Source of the DNA: a virus
Taxonomy: Duplodnaviria; Heunggongvirae; Uroviricota; Caudoviricetes
Reading direction: 5' to 3' (one strand)
Length of the DNA: 64,000 nt
IMG/VR virus record: IMGVR_UViG_3300017987_005500
Under the pieces are notes generated by a model. That model was not told the origin of the DNA. It was given only the letters and a program-made list of their open reading frames with translations, and did not search any database. Positions 20,444 to 28,197 of the stretch are shown piece after piece (within the stretch, counting starts at the first letter, position 1; the number at the start of each line of letters is the position of its first letter). The translations under genes were made by a program, and so were the position numbers.

Positions 20444-20851
20444 TTATAATGTTAGAATTATTGATATTGCTTCATGAGTTTTAAATATTTTAAATTTTAT
20501 ATTTATTTTATTAGAATATGGAGGGTCATTATCAATTATAAAATCTGTGATGATGAATCTTTGACTTATTCTACTTAAAAAACTATCAATTAAATTTATA
20601 ATCTTGGATATTGTTACACTATCCATAAAATGTCCTATAAAAGGTTCTATAATCTTATTTAAATTCCTATCAATAAAACTAACTGTACTTTTAATATTTA
20701 GGTTATTAATGTCATTATAACTGATAGGATATGACTTACCTACTACATTTTCAATCCAATCAAGAGTTCCTTCTCCATGACATTTTTCACAAATATTATT
20801 ATGAAAAAATCCTTCTCCATCACATTTAGAACATAGTATATTGTTTTTCAC
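20444..20851 (-). CDS. Zinc-ribbon paralog family member 6
   Basis: 'CSKCDGEGFFHNNICEKCHGEGTLDWIENVVGK'. Confidence 0.55.
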   Translation of the reverse strand: MKNNILCSKCDGEGFFHNNICEKCHGEGTLDWIENVVGKSYPISYNDINNLNIKSTVSFIDRNLNKIIEPFIGHFMDSVTISKIINLIDSFLSRISQRFIITDFIIDNDPPYSNKINIKFKIFKTHEAISIILTL

Positions 20852-21113
20852 TACTTTCCACCCTTAACCAACGTTTACCATCATACATATTTATTGTATT
20901 ATTAGTTTCATTAAAATAAGCATCTCCAAAGTGAGGATTGTCGGGAGGTCGTAAAGATGGTTCTAACCAATTTAATCCTCCAGGAAAATCTGGAATAGAG
21001 GGACGGGGAGCACCAACTATATTATCAATCCAGTCGAGCTCCCCCTTTCCATGACATTTAGGACAAATATGTTCATCAAATATACCTGCCCCATCACATT
21101 TAGAACATTTCAT
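20826..21113 (-). CDS. Zinc-ribbon paralog family member 7
   Basis: 'MKCSKCDGAGIFDEHICPKCHGKGELDWIDNIVGAP'. Confidence 0.55.
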   Translation of the reverse strand: MKCSKCDGAGIFDEHICPKCHGKGELDWIDNIVGAPRPSIPDFPGGLNWLEPSLRPPDNPHFGDAYFNETNNTINMYDGKRWLRVESSEKQYTMF

Positions 21114-21433
21114 TTTTTGAATGATGTAATATAAGTGAATACTCTTGTTTCATCTTTTAAAGGAAATAGTATAGCTAAATGTAGATGAAGTTTATTATCG
21201 CCAAGCAAATGATCAAAACTATATTCAATTAAAAATTTAGATTTTAATTTACATAAAAAAAGTTTAATATCTCCTTTAACTTTAGCTACATCATCTTCAG
21301 TGATAGTAGTTTCTAAATCTTTAAGATACTCTTGTATATTGATATTGATAAATTGCACAAGATTATCTTTATTTTTTTGAATTAATAGTCTTGTAAATAC
21401 ATCAACTTTTTCTTCTAGGTCAATTGCTGGCAT
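21110..21433 (-). CDS. Hypothetical protein (107 aa)
   Basis: ORF, ATGA-coupled to paralog array. Confidence 0.45.
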   Translation of the reverse strand: MPAIDLEEKVDVFTRLLIQKNKDNLVQFININIQEYLKDLETTITEDDVAKVKGDIKLFLCKLKSKFLIEYSFDHLLGDNKLHLHLAILFPLKDETRVFTYITSFKK

Positions 21434-21443
21434 AAACTCCCCC

Positions 21444-22820
21444 TTAAAAAGTTAGAATTTTCTTTTCTTCAAGGTCAGTAAATTCGTCCTTACTTAATAC
21501 CTTATCAACAATATACTTACAAAAGGTTTCATCTAATGATGTAAGCATATCTAATGATTTCACAATGCTAACTGATTTAGCTCTTTGTTTTCTGCTTATT
21601 TTTCCACCATTTAAATTTCGAGTTATCATTTCAACTTCTCTGATAAACTCCTCAATAAGACCATCTTCATAAAGTGGATAAATACTTTCAGCTTTTTCTC
21701 TTGCCATTGTTTGAATATCAGCAAATTGATTAAGCATATGCAACATTGAATAAACTCTCATTTCATCATAGAAAGTTCCTGTGTCAGGATTATAAATATC
21801 AATGTTTCTAATATCTTTAAAACCATATCTTTCAGATAATTCATATAACGCTCTTTTATATCTGTCAATTCTCTTTTCACCATTAAGGAATCTCAAGTTA
21901 AGTTTCTTAGTTCTTAAATCAAGTTTTCTAATAACTCCATCATCAAGGACTGAAATATATCTTCCAACCATAAGTCCTTTAAAGAGTCCAGATGAGTCAT
22001 ATGATATTTCAACTTCAATTGCATGTTTCTTTAATAAATGAAGTCTAAATAATTCATAGAATAAAATATCTCTGAAATTAGCTCCACCTAATATATGAAA
22101 ATGTAAAGTATCTCGCCCATGTTTTAATGCTTCATTAATAAGAGGTATCATTGGAATGACATATATGATACAAGGTATTTGTGTATCACTTGCCATATTA
22201 GCAACAATTCCTCCAGTTCCATGATGTTTAAATTCTTTAAACATATCATTTTCTCTCATAATCTTTGTATAAATATCCCAAAGTTTAGGAGTTCTAAAAT
22301 GATGAATATAAATCATCTTATCTTTAACATCTTGAGGAAGATTTGCTGCCATTGAATATGTTTCTAAGTTCTTATCATATATCTGATCAAAACTTTCAAA
22401 TAATTCACAGCCAGGTCCAGGTGGTAAGTCTAATACAAAAGCTCTATCATATACATCTTTCTCTTGTACTAAAAATTGATGATACAAATCTATCAGTGCT
22501 TGTGTCTCATCTTTTTTAAGTTTACCAATTGATGCTTGAAACCCTCCTGAGTCGACTATAAATTCAGAGTCATTGAATAGTCCAGTATCTCTGCATTGTC
22601 TATAAAGCTTTGCTTCATTCTCAATATGTTTGTCGTATTTTTTCTTACCTGAGAAATTTTGTCCAAATGAATGTAAAAACATATTACAAGATTCTGCAAA
22701 GAAATTAGAAATTTGATCTCTTGTAAAATGATCGTCGTACCTATTGGATTTGTTCAATAAAAAATTGTCGAGAATTGTTGCTAACGTTTCGAAACCTGCA
22801 CATACATAATTACTTTTCAT
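21444..22820 (-). CDS. tRNA-guanine transglycosylase family protein (DpdA-like DNA 7-deazaguanine transglycosylase candidate)
   Basis: 'FIVDSGGFQASIG' matches the TGT/DpdA catalytic DSGGFQ motif. 458 aa; no obvious TGT C-terminal CxCxxC-H zinc motif. Neighbour of queE. Confidence 0.55.
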   Translation of the reverse strand: MKSNYVCAGFETLATILDNFLLNKSNRYDDHFTRDQISNFFAESCNMFLHSFGQNFSGKKKYDKHIENEAKLYRQCRDTGLFNDSEFIVDSGGFQASIGKLKKDETQALIDLYHQFLVQEKDVYDRAFVLDLPPGPGCELFESFDQIYDKNLETYSMAANLPQDVKDKMIYIHHFRTPKLWDIYTKIMRENDMFKEFKHHGTGGIVANMASDTQIPCIIYVIPMIPLINEALKHGRDTLHFHILGGANFRDILFYELFRLHLLKKHAIEVEISYDSSGLFKGLMVGRYISVLDDGVIRKLDLRTKKLNLRFLNGEKRIDRYKRALYELSERYGFKDIRNIDIYNPDTGTFYDEMRVYSMLHMLNQFADIQTMAREKAESIYPLYEDGLIEEFIREVEMITRNLNGGKISRKQRAKSVSIVKSLDMLTSLDETFCKYIVDKVLSKDEFTDLEEKKILTF

Positions 22821-22831
22821 TTTATTCTCCT

Positions 22832-22873
22832 AGTTAATGTTAATGTTAAATATAATATAGCATTAACATTAAC
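22832..22873. repeat. Perfect 14-bp inverted repeat (hairpin) in intergenic region upstream of DpdA-like gene
   Basis: 'agttaatgttaatg' ... 'cattaacattaact' separated by 15 nt. On the minus strand it is followed by 'taggagaataaa' SD and ATG. Confidence 0.6.
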
Positions 22874-22896
22874 TTTAGTCAACTCTTTTTTTAAAT

Positions 22897-23964
22897 TTAT
22901 TTTTCAACTCTTATAATTGTTTTTCGGTCTAACTGTAATTTCATATGTTCAATTACCATTTCCAATTGATTTATATATTTTTCAATTGACCCATCAATTG
23001 TAATTACTTTTTCTAAACTTCCAAAATGCATCTCAAGACATTCCATTAATAAATTCTTTATTTTAGGTTCATCAGGAGAATGTTGTAAATCACATTTAGT
23101 ATATAATTCTTCTAATGACTTTTCTTTATCTTCAAAATATTGAGTGATTGTTTCTTTTTTCCAGTCACCTCTGCGAATGGATTTAAGTTGCTCTCTATTT
23201 CTTTCAAGATCAAGATCATGTTCAGTCATTATTTGCTCAACTTCATTTATTAGTCTTACTACATGATAAGCAAATTTAACATCATATCCATGTTTCATTA
23301 TGTCAGGTAATCGTCTTGTTAATTTTTTCTTTCCACCTTCTGTCAATTCTAAAAATAATCTCCCGACATATTTTACTTCAGCAATTGGAAATTTTTCTTT
23401 TACTTCTTCAATATTAAAAGTGACAGGGTTGATATCCAATTTATCACATTCTTCAATAAAAGGTAAAATCTTTTTTGATTGCATTTTATTAAGTTGAGAA
23501 TATGCATACCCTTTGAATCTATGCCATGCTCCCTTATGTAAAAATAACTTTCTGTTTTCTCTTATATGCTCACCAATTTGAGTCGAATGTAATATACATC
23601 TTCTTGGTACAAATAAGGAGTCAATCATATTAGGATTATTTTGCATACATAATTGAAAATACTTTGTAATGCTATGAATATTTAAATCATATTCTTTGCC
23701 TTCTTCCTTATCCATAATATGATGTATTTGAAATTGTTCAAACCTTATAGGTTGTTTTCCAAAACCATGAATATAACCTGATAGATGAGGAAATATCATA
23801 TCTTTATAAGGAATTGAAAATCCATAAATATCCATATCCGACGTATCATTGCTACATCCATATGCAACACTTCCCATTAATACTTCATAATGAACATTAC
23901 TTTTCATATGAGCAGGAGGATTGATTAACTGCTTTTTCATTAATTTATCTATGATTGATCCCAT
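22897..23964 (-). CDS. Pol-beta superfamily nucleotidyltransferase (355 aa)
   Basis: 'GSVAYGCSNDTSDMDIYGF' matches the GS-x9-13-DxD nucleotidyltransferase signature. Confidence 0.5.
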   Translation of the reverse strand: MGSIIDKLMKKQLINPPAHMKSNVHYEVLMGSVAYGCSNDTSDMDIYGFSIPYKDMIFPHLSGYIHGFGKQPIRFEQFQIHHIMDKEEGKEYDLNIHSITKYFQLCMQNNPNMIDSLFVPRRCILHSTQIGEHIRENRKLFLHKGAWHRFKGYAYSQLNKMQSKKILPFIEECDKLDINPVTFNIEEVKEKFPIAEVKYVGRLFLELTEGGKKKLTRRLPDIMKHGYDVKFAYHVVRLINEVEQIMTEHDLDLERNREQLKSIRRGDWKKETITQYFEDKEKSLEELYTKCDLQHSPDEPKIKNLLMECLEMHFGSLEKVITIDGSIEKYINQLEMVIEHMKLQLDRKTIIRVEK

Positions 23965-24003
23965 GATTCACCTTTCATTTATTTTATATTATGTTACAAA
24001 GGA
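23965..24003 (-). promoter_or_regulatory. Conserved upstream motif TTTGTAACA + TATAAAATA (promoter-like)
   Basis: Minus-strand reading 'cctttGTAACAtaaTATAAAATAaatgAAAGGTGa..ATG'. The same motif is found upstream of other minus-strand genes. Confidence 0.4.
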
Positions 24004-24057
24004 TCCTTATAACTTCTTATTATTTCAATTGGATTTTAACTTTAGGTAGGACTTATA

Positions 24058-24529
24058 TTATCTGGTATCTCCATCACCTTTGATGAGATTTCTTTCTTTT
24101 CTTGAATTGAGTTTGTTAAGATTTTCTCTTGCTATATGACTTAAGTCGATATTCAATTCACATGCTGCATTTGCTACATACCAAAGAACATCACCTATTT
24201 CTTTAATAAGTAATTCTTTTCTTCCCTCTGTTAATTGACCACCATCATCTCTGATCATTTTTTTTTACTTTCTCAGCGACTTCTCCAGCTTCTCCACATA
24301 GTCCTAATGCAACATATGTTAAATTATCACCTTGGTTAGGATATATAGCTGTCTTTCTTGCTTCAACTTGATAATCATCTAATTTCATTATTCGATTTCC
24401 TTTTAAAAAATTAACGATTCGTTTTATCAAACTTGGTTTACAAGGTTTGAATAATTCAGCATCTGCTAATGCTTTATCTAATTCATAATCAGTCGATATA
24501 AAATAATGATCCCATATTGATTTTTTCAT
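24058..24529 (-). pseudogene. mazG: MazG-like NTP pyrophosphohydrolase interrupted by +1 frameshift in an A9 homopolymer
   Basis: Upstream ORF ends '...[20 protein letters not shown]'. Downstream frame encodes '[32 protein letters not shown]' (MazG EExxE...ElGDvLwY). One fewer A at 24259-24267 gives a continuous '[12 protein letters not shown]'. Confidence 0.55.
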
Positions 24530-24575
24530 TATTCACATTCCCTGCAAACTTCAGTTAGTTCTTCATATTTACAAA

Positions 24576-24872
24576 TTATACCAATTCTTGATACATACAT
24601 TTCATTGCAAATGGGACACGTTCCATAGTTGAAAAAGATTTTTTATTGTCTTCTACCTTAAAGAAACAACCAGTCCTTTTGTCATATTGAATGTCTTGCA
24701 TATTGTCCCAACATGCTTTTATTCTCTGGAATTCTTTTAATTCCTTTTCGTCATATCGAGGGCAGGTTGTATAGGTATTACATAATGTTATGTCATTATC
24801 ATTTTCAGTGACGTCAATGTCGGGAATTGAAAAGGAAGGTTCCTTTTCTCCCGTGTCCCATTTGAATGGCAT
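24576..24872 (-). CDS. Hypothetical protein (98 aa)
   Basis: ORF adjacent to ThyA-family gene. Confidence 0.4.
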   Translation of the reverse strand: MPFKWDTGEKEPSFSIPDIDVTENDNDITLCNTYTTCPRYDEKELKEFQRIKACWDNMQDIQYDKRTGCFFKVEDNKKSFSTMERVPFAMKCMYQELV

Positions 24873-25712
24873 TTAGTTAGTGCCTTCCTTTAATTCAATA
24901 TCTTCTTTCATACGAAGAACTTTTGAAATATCAAATGCATAATCATATACATGAAGACCTTTACATGTAGCAATGATTTCTCCATTTTCAACTCCAATAC
25001 ATGCTGCACAATATTGTTTAAGATTTTCAATTGCTGCTAAGTTTGCAGGGAAACCATTAAACAAATCCCATGATCTGAAGTAAGGATAAAAGTGTAAAGC
25101 ACCATCTTGAATTCTTGTGTCAATTGATCTGAGACAAGGAGGGTCTTGAAGAAGCATATCAGTCGGATGAGCGATCTGAAGAACCATTTGGTTATTTCGA
25201 TAACCCTTATTTTTATAAGTCCAAATAAGTAGTTCAGTTTGATTTAAATAACAATCATCAGGATTATCTTTATTGATTGATATTATTTTATCATTTTCCC
25301 AAATATCTTGTTCACTTACTACAATATTTTTTTCATTGAGATATGATTTTATGTAATCAATAGATATTGGATATTTGGTAAGACGTTGTCCATACGTATA
25401 AGATTCACCCTCTTCAACTTCTCCGGACATAAGATATTCAATATAAGACTTTGTAAATTCTCCTCGTCCATAAAGATAATCTTCATCACATGGATCAGGA
25501 ACTCCATAATGAGGTTCTATCTTTGGAACAAGAGGTAATGTCCAAGGTTGTTTAATTTGAATTGTTACCCAATCAAACTCAAGTCTTTTTTGTCCAGCAT
25601 AAGAACCTCTGTCAATTGTATAAACAAATGCTGCATCAGGTTCTAAAATTTTATACAATGTTTGAAACCATGCGTCACCTAAATCTCTTGCTACTATTTT
25701 CGTTGTCTTCAT
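24873..25712 (-). CDS. Thymidylate synthase family enzyme (ThyA-like; thymidylate synthase or deoxypyrimidylate hydroxymethylase)
   Basis: 'LQDPPCLRSIDTRIQDGALHFYPYFRSWDLFNGFPANLAAI' parallels ThyA 'PPCH..QFYV.dgkLSCQLYQRSxDvFLGvPFNIASY' (Cys nucleophile, RSxD, G.P.N.A). Confidence 0.6.
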   Translation of the reverse strand: MKTTKIVARDLGDAWFQTLYKILEPDAAFVYTIDRGSYAGQKRLEFDWVTIQIKQPWTLPLVPKIEPHYGVPDPCDEDYLYGRGEFTKSYIEYLMSGEVEEGESYTYGQRLTKYPISIDYIKSYLNEKNIVVSEQDIWENDKIISINKDNPDDCYLNQTELLIWTYKNKGYRNNQMVLQIAHPTDMLLQDPPCLRSIDTRIQDGALHFYPYFRSWDLFNGFPANLAAIENLKQYCAACIGVENGEIIATCKGLHVYDYAFDISKVLRMKEDIELKEGTN

Positions 25713-25835
25713 TTAATAAATCCTTTCACTTTTCGTTAAAATTCATCATTTATATTTTGTTCTAATGAATACATATGGATTCTCATACTATATATATTTA
25801 TTAATAAGAAATAAATTATTAATTAGGAGGAAATT

Positions 25836-26123
25836 ATGGAAGCAGAACATGTTATGAATTATATACTTAAAAATCTATCCGGAGAAGAATCGATGAAACA
25901 GACAAAGGATGAAAGGAAAAAATTGACAAACCTTTCATTGAGATTAATTAAGGAGTCTGATATATGTGATTCTATGTTGGAATATTATAAAGAAGAGATA
26001 AGAAATCTTAAATGTTTCATTATAAAGTTATATTTGCATCCATCTCATGATAGTACATATGAAGAAATTGTTGATGAAGTTTTAAATATATTATTAAAAT
26101 TAAGAGAAAAATATAAATCTTAA
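25836..26123 (+). CDS. Hypothetical protein (95 aa)
   Basis: Plus-strand ORF with 'attaggagg' RBS; followed by terminator. Confidence 0.45.
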   Translation: MEAEHVMNYILKNLSGEESMKQTKDERKKLTNLSLRLIKESDICDSMLEYYKEEIRNLKCFIIKLYLHPSHDSTYEEIVDEVLNILLKLREKYKS

Positions 26124-26159
26124 AAGTTTTCCTTCTTTGAGAGGAGAGATAACTTTAAA

Positions 26160-26198
26160 AAAATAAGGGCGCCACCATAAAAGCACCCTTATTTTTTG
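26160..26198. terminator. Bidirectional terminator between convergent genes
   Basis: Hairpin 'ataagggcgcc...gcacccttat' with T6 downstream on plus and T7-like run on minus. Confidence 0.55.
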
Positions 26199-26202
26199 TC
26201 AT

Positions 26203-26409
26203 TTATTCATTTATTGCAATTGAAGAGTTAGCATGCATTACACACTCTTGTAGTCTTCTTATTGCAATTGTCTTTTCAGCGCTGTCAGGACATGTATCGT
26301 CAATATGTTTTGCAAAATTTTTTGCATTTTCTCTTATTGACTCATATCTTTCAGTCTGATCTCCTTTTGGAGGATGATAAGTGAATAAATTATCAATGTC
26401 TTTAATCAT
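26203..26409 (-). CDS. Hypothetical protein (68 aa)
   Basis: Small ORF; RBS 'aaaggtgaaat'. Confidence 0.35.
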   Translation of the reverse strand: MIKDIDNLFTYHPPKGDQTERYESIRENAKNFAKHIDDTCPDSAEKTIAIRRLQECVMHANSSIAINE

Positions 26410-26423
26410 ATTTCACCTTTAGA

Positions 26424-26675
26424 CTATTTCACGTTTGCTGGCAAATGACATTTTACGCAATAAAGAACAGGAATATGAATAATCTGATCTTGACCTGTTT
26501 TATTAGCAGGATCTAAAGCAGAAGATCTAACCATTTGAATTCCTTCTTTAAAAACACCTGTTCCACATTTACATAAAACAGGTTTTGCATTTTTAACCAT
26601 TTCCATCATAAGTTCTTGATTCATACCTGGTGGCATTGGCGGTTGTTGGCCTGGTTGCATTTCACTATTCTCCAA
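26424..26675 (-). CDS. Small zinc-ribbon protein (83 aa)
   Basis: 'CKCGTG...CVKCH' Cys pairs; TTG/ATG start ambiguity. Confidence 0.4.
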   Translation of the reverse strand: MENSEMQPGQQPPMPPGMNQELMMEMVKNAKPVLCKCGTGVFKEGIQMVRSSALDPANKTGQDQIIHIPVLYCVKCHLPANVK

Positions 26676-26684
26676 TTTAAAGGG

Positions 26685-26948
26685 TTATTTAGATTTAATT
26701 TGTGGAACTGGTTTTCTTAAAATGGGTACGCCATCTTGTAAAATAGATCCACATTTTTTACATTGAACAGCGTCAATTGGGACATTCTTAGGACCTGTCT
26801 TTGGTGTATCAAGTCGTCTAAGCACAATTGCATATTCCCAAAGCATTCCACCACATATACATTTAACGATTGGTAAATCTTCCAGATTGAAAGGACCATC
26901 TGGATTTTTATTTTCAGTTTCTTTACTCGCTTCCTTTTTCTCCGTCAT
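26685..26948 (-). CDS. Small zinc-ribbon protein (87 aa)
   Basis: 'CICGG...CKKCGS' Cys pairs. Confidence 0.4.
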   Translation of the reverse strand: MTEKKEASKETENKNPDGPFNLEDLPIVKCICGGMLWEYAIVLRRLDTPKTGPKNVPIDAVQCKKCGSILQDGVPILRKPVPQIKSK

Positions 26949-27228
26949 TTTCTACCTCCCTAAGGATTGCATAAACTTCAGTATTACCAAGGACTTTCAT
27001 TAATTTTTCATCAACTATAATGTCCATACCAAAACTTGCATGAAACATTACAATGTCGCCCTCTTGAATTGCTTTATCACATTCAACACCTACTGAAAGA
27101 ACTTTTCCATATCGTTGAGGTTCCTGAGGTTGAGCTGTTTCAGGAATGATCAATCCACCAGGTGTTACATTACTTGTTTCCATTAATTCGACAACTAACT
27201 TATCTGCAACTGCAATAATTTGTTTCAT
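26923..27228 (-). CDS. groES: GroES-like co-chaperonin (cpn10)
   Basis: 'GGLIIPETAQPQEPQRYGKVLSVG...EGDIVMF' matches GroES 'sGIviPdtAkekpqeGeVvAvG...vGDkVlf'; 101 aa. Confidence 0.65.
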   Translation of the reverse strand: MKQIIAVADKLVVELMETSNVTPGGLIIPETAQPQEPQRYGKVLSVGVECDKAIQEGDIVMFHASFGMDIIVDEKLMKVLGNTEVYAILREVENDGEKGSE

Positions 27229-27464
27229 CTTTCATTTTTCCTTTCTTGGTTGCTTCGTTTAATAGACTCAGACTTCTTTCGATTTTTTCTAACACTACTT
27301 TTTTCGTGAAATCTTCGTTGATGAACTTCTTTTATTATACCTGCTTTTGATACTGTCCTTTTAAATCTTCTAAGGAGACTATCAAAATGTTCTCCGGATC
27401 CTGATATAACTCCAATACCTTTTGAGTCAGATATCAGTCTTCCTTTTTTATTATATAAAGTCAT
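27225..27464 (-). CDS. rpsU: Ribosomal protein S21 homolog
   Basis: 'FDSLLRRFKRTVSKAGIIKEVHQRRFHEKSSVRKNRKK' aligns with bacterial S21 'vALRRFKRsceKaGvlaEvRrReFyEKPtteRKRak'; 79 aa, basic C-terminus. Confidence 0.65.
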   Translation of the reverse strand: MTLYNKKGRLISDSKGIGVISGSGEHFDSLLRRFKRTVSKAGIIKEVHQRRFHEKSSVRKNRKKSESIKRSNQERKNER

Positions 27465-28146
27465 AAATTAAATGTTCCCGTGAGCTTATATTCATTTTAT
27501 GTTTATCTGCTAAATCAAACACAATAGGAGCATTCTTTAATATCTCCTCTCTACTCTTTCCTTTTGGCATCAAATATGTAATTGAAGATAAACCTAATAA
27601 ATTTAAATGTAAAAGAAATTCCATCATAAATTCATTTTTTTCTTCAGCTACAACTTTAATAAAAACTAAATCTTGATCTTCATCAAGTATATATTTAAAT
27701 TCATCTACTCTGGTTTTTTCAGCATCTAAATCAGATAGATTAAATATTTTTGGAGAATAAATAATTTTTACATTTTTATCATTAGCTCGTAAATCTCCGA
27801 GAAATGTTGTTAAGTTACATCCATTCGTTTCAATGTTTGCTACCTTATAATCCAATGTATTCAACATATTAAGAGTTGACTTATAATTTTCACTATATAA
27901 AGGTTCTCCACCTGTGATCATAAGTCCACAATTCTCTTTATTAATTGTGTCTTGAATATCTTTGATTTTATATTCAGCTGCTGATGATACTCTCATTTTA
28001 ATTAGAGTATCACACCATTGACATGGATTCCCATTAACAACTCTATCACAATCTTTAAATCTCAATAATAACATTCTTCTGCCACTATCCGCGCATTCTC
28101 CCTGCCACGTTACTATGTTTTCGATAAGCTTCACAGTTTCACTCAT
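27451..28146 (-). CDS. queE: 7-carboxy-7-deazaguanine synthase QueE (radical SAM)
   Basis: 'VTWQGECADSGRRMLLLRFKDCDRVVNGNPCQWCDT' parallels QueE 'TIQGEG..vGq.tvFvRtaGCd..CsWCDs'. Also 'ITGGEPL' and 'ETNG' motifs. Confidence 0.65.
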   Translation of the reverse strand: MSETVKLIENIVTWQGECADSGRRMLLLRFKDCDRVVNGNPCQWCDTLIKMRVSSAAEYKIKDIQDTINKENCGLMITGGEPLYSENYKSTLNMLNTLDYKVANIETNGCNLTTFLGDLRANDKNVKIIYSPKIFNLSDLDAEKTRVDEFKYILDEDQDLVFIKVVAEEKNEFMMEFLLHLNLLGLSSITYLMPKGKSREEILKNAPIVFDLADKHKMNISSREHLIYDFI

Positions 28147-28197
28147 GAATCCTCCAATTATAATTTATTATATGTTCTTACTAAATCTTATAACTAT

